Assembly: GCF_036971445.1 (NCBI RefSeq)
Contig: NC_091473.1
Span: forward strand, 208,010,001-208,074,000
Reading direction: 5' to 3'
Origin: Narcine bancroftii
Lineage: Eukaryota
DNA length: 64,000 bases
Below, piece by piece: positions 1-9,234 of this stretch. Below the pieces are notes generated by a model. That model did not search any database. It worked only from the letters and a program-made list of their open reading frames with translations, and was not told where the DNA came from. The translations under genes were made by a program, and so were the position numbers. Each line of letters starts with the position of its first letter. Within the stretch, counting starts at the first letter, position 1.

Positions 1-180
1 AGTAAATAAATTCACAGACAGTCCTGTCAATAAATGCATGACCAACAGATGAAGCAAACATCCAATGTCATTTCCAAATTCATTTACCGTGTTACAGAAA
101 TTGCTTCCCGACTTATGTCTCAACAGAGAGTCTATGTCTCTGAGGGAGAAAGGCATGGAATAATCCAAGGAACAGCAAAA

Positions 181-400
181 GGCAGCTCGGTTAGTGTAGT
201 GGTAGCACAACGCTGTTACACCACCACCAACTGGGGTTCAAATCTGGCGCTGTCTATAAGGAGTTTGTACGTTTTCCCTGTGTGTGTGTGGGTTTCCTCC
301 AACCATTCAAATTGTACCAGGGTGTGTAGTTCAATTGGGTGTATTTGGGTGGGACAGGCTCGTGGGGTGAAAACACTTGTTACCGTGCTATATGTCTAAA
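181..400 (+). mobile_element. tRNA-derived SINE (HE1/V-SINE-like)
   Basis: Pol III A/B-box-like head (GGTTCAAATC ~235-244) followed by the gagtttgtacgtt..tgggtttcctcc core; similar copies at 11134, 14905 and 31402. Confidence 0.75.
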
Positions 401-1129
401 TTTAATATTCAAAAATCCCACAGAGGAGATTTAAGCATGGCATATAAGGTGACTCTCTCCTGCAGTACTGAGGCAGTGACCCAATGTCTGACGTGTGGGA
501 TTTTGATCAAAGTTGCACCAAATCTCTCCCTCAAATGCAACGAATGATCCTCAGTGAATGTTTTGCACCAGAATATTGTTCACAGAAAAAAGGAAGAATT
601 TGGCAGGAAGGTTATTGTATAAATCAGAACATTTCACCGGTAATGTTTTTGCATGGAATGAAGTTACACCGGCCTGAATACCTGAACCTCGTCAATATGA
701 AATGTGTGATATGGTGGCACCTGGGGACTCTTCTTCTGAAATTCAATTGAACTGACCCCACAGTGAATTTGTTCCTGCTTTACAGGTTTTCCAAATGTAG
801 TGGCAGAGGAGCTTGATGAAGCAGGAGGGAATGTTAACATGGATAAGAAAGGAATTTGGAAATCCATTAGCCCAGTCCTGAGTAAATGCAGGAATCTTGG
901 AAGGTTGAAAGGTTCACGGAATACACAGCTCCCAGTGTCCAGAGAGGAAATGCACAAGTTAAGAGGCAGAATCTACTTGAAAGATCTGGTTCTCATTTGA
1001 CTGGAAAAGTGCAACCAATGATCATGTGGTTACTTCAGCTAATTCCTGGGCATTAATGGGTGCTTAGGTTTTCATTACTTTAATCTTCTCAATGGCTTGA
1101 AAAGTTGTGAATCATTTCTTAATGTTCAG

Positions 1130-1430
1130 TGTGTGACAAACGACATCTCCTCTATTTCCTCCACATCTGCTCCAACTCCCCCTCTCCTCTTCTCCACATT
1201 TTCCACTTCTCCAGCCTCTCCATTCAACAGATCAACCTTGGTGATTTCTGCCACCTTCAATGAGCTTCCACCACCAGGTGCATCTTCCCCTTCCCTTCCA
1301 TTTCAGTGCTCTGAAGGGACTGTTTTCCTTGCACCTCCCTTGGCCACTTTTCATCTCCACATTTCACTCCCCTTACAGCACTCTCCCTGCAACCACAACA
1401 CTTGCTTTTTCCCCTCTTTCCTCACTCTCC
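1130..1430 (+). mobile_element. Old Penelope-like element fragment
   Basis: gatttctgccaccttcaa..ccaccaccaggtgcatcttcccc resembles the PLE segments at 43720 and 44590. Confidence 0.4.
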
Positions 1431-2104
1431 ATGGATTGTTTACAAATAAAGGGATATCCAGCAAGTGGGATTCCAAATGTGAGATAGGTGGACTTCAGGA
1501 CCAACATGATCCTGTTAAAACGCAGGATAAAACTGGTAGGAGGAGGGAACCTTGGACAATGAGGGATTTCAAGGATCTGGTCATGGAAAGACAAGGAGGC
1601 ACATGGACAAGTTGGGTTGAAGGGTTGGTTTCTGAGCTATGACTCCATGACAGATTTGATAGCAGGAGATTTTGTTTTGGCCCATTGTCAGAATTATCTG
1701 GAGCAGAGTTGTGGGCAAGACTAGTCTTGGCCACCAAAATAGAGTCACAGAGTCAGAGAGGGTTGAAACAGTCCCTTTGGCCCTACTTGCATGCACTGAC
1801 CAGAATGTCTGACCCACACTCATCCCACCTGCCTGCTTTTCATGTCTTTCCCTCCAAATTTATCCATGTATCAATCCACATTTTTCTTAAAACATGCCTC
1901 AACTTCCTCTTCTGCCAGCCCATTCCATACAGCCACAACCCTCTGTTTAAAAAAGTTATGCCTCATGTTCTATTGGATATATTCTGCGAATGAAAGGATA
2001 GTGAGCAAACTTTGGCCAAGATTTCAATTAGGTGGAAAATAAAATTACAAAATATTTACTTCACAATAGTTTCCTCCAGTAGATGGAGGTGAAATGTTGA
2101 ACTG

Positions 2105-2240
2105 CAGTGCACAATGGTGCAGGAGAAACTCAGCAGGTCACTCAGCACTGATGGGAAGTAAAGGGTAACCAGCATTTCAGCCCTGAACCCTTTGTCAAGG
2201 TAATGAACAAAAAGCAGTGTTGATATCTTGCTTCAAAGAC
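2105..2240 (-). mobile_element. Penelope 3' UTR-type remnant with strongly decayed hammerhead motif
   Basis: Minus strand TTGACAAAGGGTTCAGGGCTGAAATGCT..gacctgctgagtttctcc; parallels 46931-47072. Confidence 0.45.
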
Positions 2241-3737
2241 ATTATTCAACCAGATAGCAATGGCCATGATTCCCAGGTGTCAGCTTCTCTGAGGATCTGT
2301 CCTGGAGCCTCCATTTTGATGCAACCACAAAGAAGGTTCCCCAGTACCTATACAACCCAGACCTGTGTTGTGGTGAAGTGTCACAGGACAGGAGGTAGCT
2401 GGACCATAACTACACTCAATGGGCTGAATGGCGCTGGTCTGGCCTGCTATTGGGACTCTCCCCACCCTGCCACACAGGAAAAGGTGGGACCTGGCTGGGC
2501 CTCAGGATGTTGGAGACCTGCAGTGAGGAGCACCAAGACCTCAACACCCTATGGTTTCATTTCTGGGTCTCTGGGCCAAGAACACCCTGACACAAAGCAA
2601 ACCTGGGTTAGCAAAGCTGTCATGTAACATAACAAATTTAAATGTCTGAAACATAAAAACTGACGTAAATTCTGCCACAAAAGGTACTTTGTTTAAAATA
2701 AGCGATCTACAGTTCACTGAAACCACAAAATGTACCCCGAAGTCCTTCATCACAAATGATCTTCCCAGATCTGCCGACCGAGAGTTCCCAGATGAATGGG
2801 GACTGTGAGCCTTTACCAGGCCCAACTTGGTAGGGAATCATAGTGTTGGAATCCCTCTTGTAATCCTGGGAAGCCCAGCTCCATGTGGAGAAGTGTGGTG
2901 AATGGCCCACTACATCTCAGTAAACTCTGTACAGTGGGTCTGTGCATGTCCAGGACTAACTGTAGTGCACGTGGCTGCACACTGTTGGTTCCCTTTGGAA
3001 CTGCCACTCACTGCCAGCACTGTCTGATCCTGGTGAGCCTCAGCTTCATAAGGAGTCAGTAATTCAAGTAAAGGATGATCTGAGGAACCTCACTGCTCTT
3101 CATTGATGTCAGCCTTTAGTAATACAGGGATTCCTGGAGCAAAGAACTGGGATCATCTGGATGCCCTCCAGCCAATCAATGTCTGTCCATTCATCCACAG
3201 CAGAGTCATTCTTCAGCAGAGGAGTCCCCAGTGGAGGAGAACTTTGGGAACTCGGGTCCCTCCCGACATCACTAAAGCAGACCGTCTGGACTTTTTCCTG
3301 GTTCCGTTTGTGGGACCAAGCTGCAGACAAGTTGGGTACAATGTGTCTGCACCTCAAGGGCTAGGGAAGAGTTTGGGATGTTTTGGGGATATGAAAATCA
3401 ATGAAAAACACAAATGAACTTTCACCAAATAAAAGGGTCAAAATAAAAATGAAAGAGGCTGGGTGTCAAAAATCTGACTGAAGGACTTTAATGAAAGGCC
3501 ATTGATGTAAAATATAATCTCTGTGTCCCTTCCCACAGAGGATCGGAGAGCTGCCAAGTGTCTCTGGTGGAGAGGCACAATGTCAGTGAGTGGGATTTAC
3601 ATCCAAGGTTCTTCTACATCCCAAGATCTGCAGATTGTAAGTGCAATTTAATAGGGATCAGTGTTCTGAATGATGGTCAGGAGGTGAACTTGGAAAACAC
3701 ATCAAATCGTCAGCAGGGAGTCAAGTGTAGAGGGTTA

Positions 3738-4544
3738 GAAGCTGAGTGGGTCAGCAGGATGCTGGGATGGAGAGGGGAGAAGTGCTTGGTGGGACAGCAA
3801 GGTGCTGGGATGGAGGATGAGGAGCTGGGTGGGGCAGCGGGGTGCTGGGATGGAGAGGGAGGAGCTGGGTGGGACAGCAGGGTGCTGGGGTGGAGAGGCG
3901 AGAAGAGCTGGGTGGGTCAGCAAGATACTGGGGTGGAGAGGCGAGAAGTGCTTGGTGGGACAGCATAGTGCTAGGATAGAGGGGGAGGAGCTGGGTGGGA
4001 CAGCAGGGTGTTGGAGTGGATGGGGGAGAGGAGCCCATTGGACAGCAGGATAATGGGGTGGAGGGGAGATTTTCTGGGTGGGACAGCAGGGTGCTGGTGT
4101 GGAGAGGGGAGAGGTGCTGGGATGGAGGGGAGGAGCTGGGTGGGACAGTGGGGTGCTGAGATGGAGGGGAGGAGCTGGGTTGGACAGCAGGGTGCTGGAG
4201 AGGAGAGGTGAGAGGTGCTGGGTGGGTTAGCAGGATGCTGGGATGGAGAGAGAAGTGCTTGGTGGGACACCAGTGTTCTGGGGTGGAGAGGGGACAGGAG
4301 GTGGGAAGTACAGCAGTGTGCTGGGGTGGAGATGGGAGAGGTGCTGGGTGGGTCAGCATAGAGTTAGGATAGAGGGGGGTGGAGCTGGGTGGGACAGCAG
4401 AGTGCTGGACTGAAATGGGTAGAGGAGCCCATTGGATAGCAGGGTGCTGGAGTGGAGGTGACAGGAGCTGGGTGGAACTGCAGGGTGCTGGGGTGGAGGT
4501 GACAGGAGCTGAATGGGACAACAGGGTGCTGGGGTGGAGGTGGG
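3738..4544. repeat. G-rich (plus strand) ~40-43 bp degenerate tandem repeat, ~19-20 units, in the J-C intron; switch-region-like
   Basis: Consensus ~GACAGCAGGGTGCTGGGRTGGAGRGGGAGGAGCTGGGTGG; 10 AGCT counted plus AGCA/TGCT in most units. Confidence 0.9.
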
Positions 4545-4559
4545 TTTGATAACACAGTG

Positions 4560-4900
4560 CTGGATTTTCCAAAAGAATAACCTGGGGATGTGGTTTGCAG
4601 CTCGGTTTGGATTCGGCCTCATCTCAGGAAGTGGAAAGAACATCAGAAAAATTAGGCATTTTGACTCTAAACTCTGAGCCATGTTAATACATAATGTGGA
4701 CTGAAATGCTTAGAGTTCTCGAGCATCTCTAAATATTGCAATTCAAGAGAAAAGAGAAAGCAAATTTGTTCAGCTGAAAAATCACATCTCAACCGGGTTC
4801 ACTGGAACCCTGGGGTTATTCAGACTTTAACCGGATCACACATGTGCAGACCTTTTCCCCAGCCAGGTCTTATCTAACAGTTATAACCACGAAAGCAGCC
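4560..4900. promoter_or_regulatory. Candidate J-C intronic enhancer (motif cluster)
   Basis: TGTGGTT (RUNX, 4589), GGAAGTGGAAA (ETS/IRF composite-like, 4627), CAGCTG (4771), CATGTG (4841), AACCAC (4885), kB-like GGATTTTCC (4562); motif evidence only. Confidence 0.3.
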
Positions 4901-5056
4901 GACAGGAAACCCCGATTCCAGTAACTGGAGAAACCGCCCGTCTCGGGGAGATTCAAGTAATTGCTTCAATATCTCACTGGCCTCAGTGAATCAGCTCAAA
5001 GGGCAAATTAATAAAATACAAATGGGAAAGGGTGGAATGGAGAAGTAGGGTCTTAC

Positions 5057-5101
5057 CTGAAGTCACTGTCAGCGAGGTTCCTTTCCCCCAGTAGTTGAGC
5101 G
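5057..5101 (-). CDS. IGHJ: Ig heavy chain J segment (LNYWGKGTSLTVTS), IgW-like
   Basis: WGxG motif, GTAAG splice donor at 5056-5052, upstream 23-RSS. Confidence 0.95.
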
Positions 5102-5140
5102 CACACTGCTCCGTCTCCCGACTCACCCAATACAGTAACT
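5102..5140 (+). other. J recombination signal (23-RSS)
   Basis: CACACTG (5102-5108) + 23 nt + ACAGTAACT (5132-5140). Confidence 0.85.
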
Positions 5141-5480
5141 TCACTGAGCCGTCACCTCCAGTTATCTCAGCCAAGTGTCAGAATGAACCCTGTCCGGACC
5201 AGGAGCAGCCGCTTCCCAAATCTCTGTCACCAACTCCGTCCTCGTCTCTTCCTGACGAGCGAATAAAAGCAGCATTTTGGGCAGTTTTCCTGTCTGCGGG
5301 CACCGGCTCCCCCGCCCCGCGAGAAACTCAGTCGCCGGCTTTGGGGTGTTTAATTGCCCGCAAATGGACATTTCCTCAAACAGCCGCAGTCAGGCTTCGG
5401 GGATGTGACCCTGGGAAGCAGCAATGCGGGATCCGTGGAGACAAGACTGCGCTGCAGACGCTCATTTGTCGGGCGGGACC

Positions 5481-5508
5481 AGTTTCTGCTCAGCTCCCTA
5501 CCACCGTG
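5481..5508 (-). other. 3' D recombination signal (12-RSS)
   Basis: Minus strand CACGGTG (5508-5502) + 12 nt + GCAGAAACT (5489-5481). Confidence 0.85.
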
Positions 5509-5524
5509 ACACTCCAGCTAGAGT
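5509..5524 (-). CDS. IGHD: Ig heavy chain D segment, 16 bp (ACTCTAGCTGGAGTGT)
   Basis: Flanked by two outward-facing 12-RSS, midway between V and J; open frames TLAGV and SSWS, third frame has a stop. Confidence 0.88.
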
Positions 5525-5552
5525 CACGGTGACACACCGCCGTTCAACAACC
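5525..5552 (+). other. 5' D recombination signal (12-RSS)
   Basis: CACGGTG (5525-5531) + 12 nt + TCAACAACC (5544-5552). Confidence 0.85.
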
Positions 5553-5863
5553 TCCGTCCCTCGCTCTGTCTCCGACCCCACTCTCCCCTCAGTTAAACCG
5601 TCCCGACACTGTCCCGGCTCACAGATCCCCTCCCATCCACACTGGCCAGGGGGCTGGGGCCGCCGCTTCGTGCTCCTGGTTCCGATACTCCAGTCCCATC
5701 CGCGGCGCTTGGCTCCGACCTGTTCTGTGATCGATCCCCTCGTCCTTCAACCACTCGCCTCCTATTGCAGGGAGGGCCGACGGGGGCACAGCAAGGCCGG
5801 GAATCCCTGTGGTGATCACTGCTGCCCTCTCACTCCGCGCCCTGAGGGCAGGCGCTCTCGCTG

Positions 5864-5902
5864 GGTTTTTGCAGCGGTCCAGCCCCGCTTCCTCTCGCCG
5901 TG
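5864..5902 (-). other. V recombination signal (23-RSS)
   Basis: Minus strand CACGGCG (5902-5896) + 23 nt + GCAAAAACC (5872-5864). Confidence 0.92.
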
Positions 5903-6200
5903 TCTCTCGCACAGTAATAGGTGGCCGTGTCTTCCACTTTCAGCTTGTTCATTTGTAGGTAGAAGTTGTTACTTCCCTTGGAAGCGGTGAATCTGTCTTG
6001 GATTCCAGGCGCGTAATACTTGCTACTTTCGGTATAATACGCCACCAACCATTCCAGCCCTTTCCCGGAGACCTGTTTCACCCAGTGCATGTAGTAGCTG
6101 CCGAGATTGAACCCTCTAGTTTCACAGGTCAGTCTGTAGGACTCCCCGGGCTTCTTCACCGCTGACGCGACCTGTGTCAGGACGACGTCGGACCGCACGC
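5903..6200 (-). CDS. IGHV: Ig heavy chain V exon, IgW-like, intact
   Basis: (G)[41 protein letters not shown] with conserved C/W/C; ttactgacAG acceptor at 6202-6201; no stops. Confidence 0.96.
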
Positions 6201-6309
6201 CTGTCAGTAAAAGAGAAAAGAGTGGATTTTAATGATCGGTTCAACGGCGAGAGAGTCTCCGAGAAGCAGCCGGGCCCGGCCGGGCTGGGTGAAGACACGG
6301 GGCACCCAC

Positions 6310-6355
6310 CTGCCAGACAGGACAGAAAGAGAAAGAGATAAGGAGCGATCCCCAT
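6310..6355 (-). CDS. IGHV: Ig heavy chain leader exon (MGIAPYLFLFLSCLA-G)
   Basis: ATG at 6355, 46 nt, phase-1 GTGGGT donor; splices in frame to the V exon across a 109-nt intron; MGIA..GVRS leader resembles chondrichthyan IgW leaders as I recall them. Confidence 0.92.
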
Positions 6356-6443
6356 CGCCCCGCGCACTGAGCCAGACTTGGACACTCCACAGATCGGCGG
6401 CTTCAGCTCAGACCGGCTTTGTCGGGAGCTGCAGTGAGCGCTG

Positions 6444-6450
6444 TTTAAAT
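6444..6450 (-). promoter_or_regulatory. TATA-like box of the VH promoter
   Basis: ATTTAAA ~90 bp upstream of the ATG in otherwise GC-rich sequence; no ATGCAAAT octamer nearby. Confidence 0.5.
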
Positions 6451-6651
6451 GGGGAAGGGGCCAGTGAGAGGGAGAGAGGGAACCGCGGCTTGAACAGGCT
6501 CCCACCCACTGAAACCAGAGGGGCAGCTTCCTGTCCCCTCCCCCAGCAGAGATTTCAGTTCCCCAAAAGATGTTTGTCTGTGCAACAGGTGCAGGCCAGT
6601 GGTCATGATAAGATCCGGATTAAAGATCTATCATACTTTTCAATTCACTCA

Positions 6652-7040
6652 TATACCCCTGAGAGAGAGGGACTGGTCAGTGTTCAGATATCCCCTCAAC
6701 CCCCAACCCCCAGAGAGAAGGACAGAGAGACACAGGTCAGTGTTCTGATATCCCCCTGAGAGAGATGAACTGAGAGACACTGGACAGTGTTCAGATATGC
6801 CCACCACCCCCACCCCCCAGAGAGAAGGACTGAGATACACCAGTCAGTGTCCGATATCCCCCCGAGAGAGAGGGACTGTGTACAGATCTTCCCGTGAGTG
6901 ACAAAGAGAGACATCGGTCAGTGTACAGATATCTCCAAGAAAAAATAAATGAGAGATACCAGTGAGTATATGAATACCTCGCAATAGACAGGAATTGAGA
7001 GGCAATGTTCAGTGTACAAATATCCCCCTGAGAGAGGGGA
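6652..7040. repeat. Degenerate minisatellite upstream of the VH promoter
   Basis: Recurrent GTCAGTGT(T/A)CAGATATCCCC(C)TGAGAGAGA units of ~40-60 bp. Confidence 0.75.
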
Positions 7041-8516
7041 AAATTTAGAAGAAACATCAGGGGCCTTTATTTTTACACACAGAGTGGTGTGTGTCTGGAA
7101 TGGAGACTGGTACCATCAGAACATTTGAAAGACTTCAAAAGAAAGATTGTGGATTACAGATATGAGGTGGGGAAAAGGCCCTGTACTGTGCTATATCGTT
7201 CTATGTTAAATCAGGGCTTGATCACAGACAGCAAAGTACTTTTTGAAGTGGAGTGACTGTTGTCTTGGAGGGACGCTGGGACCCAAATTGTACAAAGCAA
7301 GTTCCCTGAACATCAAAGAAATAAAGAGAGCAGACAAGCTATTTCAGTGATGCTGGTTGAGGGATCGATGTTGGCAAGGATGATGGAAAATTTCCAAAAC
7401 CTACATCCACTTCACATGACAGGCATGCTCTCAGTTCACTGCTTCTTCAGATGGGCAGACCACCTTCAGTCCTGTGCTGGGAGGGCCAGACTGCAGAAAG
7501 GGCTCCAGTCACTGGAGTGGGACCTCAACCCACTGCCATTGACACAAGCTGGCTGTGACCCCACTGGTGAAGGTGAAATTGATACAGGCAGAAACCATAC
7601 ATGTTGTTGGAGGTCCCCAGGACAACTCTGTTACATCCTCAGCTCTCACCGTGGAACCAGTTGATCCAGGACAGTGGGAAATACAAAAACATGAGAGACA
7701 GAGAGAGGAGAAGCCCATCCAGCCCCACATACTCTCTCCATCAATCAGTGAGATCATTGTTCACATTTGACCTCAGGGCCATTTCTAGGCATAAACTCAC
7801 ATCTGTTGAAACATTCATGTCTCAAAGTCCATTTATTGCAGCCTCAAAAGGAGTCGGGGACTGACTCTGGATCCAGAATTTCAAGAATTTCACAGATTCA
7901 CTCCACTCTGGGTGAAGACATTCTCATCTTCTCAGTCATCAGTGATAGAACTATGTGACTGTGAACCTTGGTTCTCGACATCCCACCAGCAGAAATATCA
8001 CCTCAAAATTTATCCTGCCAAGTCTCTCACTAATATCAGACATTTTAATGAGGTCACACACCCTGTTCCAAACTCTGGAAAGCAGAGATGCAGCCTGCTT
8101 CATGCTTAACATACAACAAGCCCACATCCCAGAACTCAATCCCTGCACTCCCTCAATCACGTTGATCCTTCCTTCAGAGCTGTAATCCTTATTCCAAATA
8201 TTGTGTCAGAAGGGCTCTCAAAAATTGGAGCAACTTTCCTCTGCTCCTCTACTCAAATCTTCTTCCAATAATCACTGTCTCACCTGCATTTTAACTTCAG
8301 TGATTCTTGTGCAAGGGCACCCACATCCCTCTGACCTTTCGTTCTCTCACTTTGTAAACAATACTCTGAATTTGTATTTTTGTTTCCAAAGTGGACGAGC
8401 TCACATTTTCCACATTCAATTTTCCAGTGTCTGAGACGTGAATCCTTGCTGTACACTTGCTGATAGCCCACACTAAGTCCTGTTGTGTTATCAGTCGCTG
8501 TACCTCTCCTTCAGAC

Positions 8517-8734
8517 TGAATGCCAGTTAATGAAGAGGACGAAGGCTGTGTAGTTCACCGGAAATCATGGCTTTTATTAGTAGAAACTAAGTAATACAAT
8601 AAGGAATGATAATGGGTGCAAACACAGTTATAACCAAGGGGAGAGTCTTTAGTGGTAGAGATAATACACGTCTAATGTCAGTAAAGAAGACTAAGCACAG
8701 TGAAAGACTGACAGCATGACACAGATTCATCACA
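8517..8734 (-). mobile_element. Solo LTR (218 bp)
   Basis: TG...CA ends, flanks CAGAC/CAGGC (5-bp TSD, 1 mismatch), CTAATAAAAGCC on minus strand. Confidence 0.6.
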
Positions 8735-9234
8735 CAGGCCCTGTTAGTTTCCCCTTAAATACATCTCCATCATTCTCTTCAGCCATCTCCTGTAGCAACA
8801 AGTTCCTCCATCTCAGGTGCTTGGGGACAAGCGTTCTTCAAATTCCCCATCACATTTCTTGCTGGCTCTCTGACAATGTTGCCCAGGTTGGGAGAGTGAG
8901 CTGAACACTTTGCTTCTTGAGCTTACTCAGCCATCCATGGGATCACGACTGATCTCACTCTAAGCTCAACTCCGCAATTCCACTATTCATCCCTTGCTTT
9001 TCAGGTACCCACCTCCCTCTGCCTTCACAAATATCCAAACACCGTGCTTCCATTGTCCTGGAAGGATATCATTCCAAAGACCTGATCTCTGTTTTAATTT
9101 GGCAATCCTTTACTTTTAAGCACTGATCCCTAGTTCCAGAATCTCCCACATCACCCTGCCATTATCCCTCAGGATTTTAGACATTTCAATCAATTCATCC
9201 CATTCTTCTAGATTCCAGCAAATGTAAGCCTAAC

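Larger units (their letters stand above)
4890..6540. other. CpG island covering the L-V-D-J cassette
   Basis: Visibly GC- and CpG-rich compared with the CpG-depleted flanks. Confidence 0.7.

Noticed and set aside
786-1000. Plus-strand acceptor followed by a short acidic ORF
   Set aside because: Wrong strand for the Ig gene, no recognisable domain or partner exons.
2440-3365. Candidate CH1 exon (TFSCVAG fragment; acceptor/donor-like sites near 3361 and 3011)
   Set aside because: No frame gives an Ig C1-set pattern (Cys...Trp...Cys) without stops.
4553-4590. Perfect CACAGTG heptamer at the edge of the G-rich repeat
   Set aside because: No acceptable nonamer at 12 or 23 nt and no J-like coding sequence beside it.
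3558-4682. Long Pro/Ser- or Gly-rich ORFs on both strands
   Set aside because: Translations of the low-complexity G-rich repeat.
5805-5823. Possible second D (ccctgtg-gtgat-cactgct)
   Set aside because: Poor heptamers, no nonamers at 12 or 23 nt, and only ~40 bp from the V nonamer.
7647-7691. CACCGTG ... ACAAAAACA RSS-like pair
   Set aside because: Spacer is 29 nt and there is no adjacent V/D/J segment.
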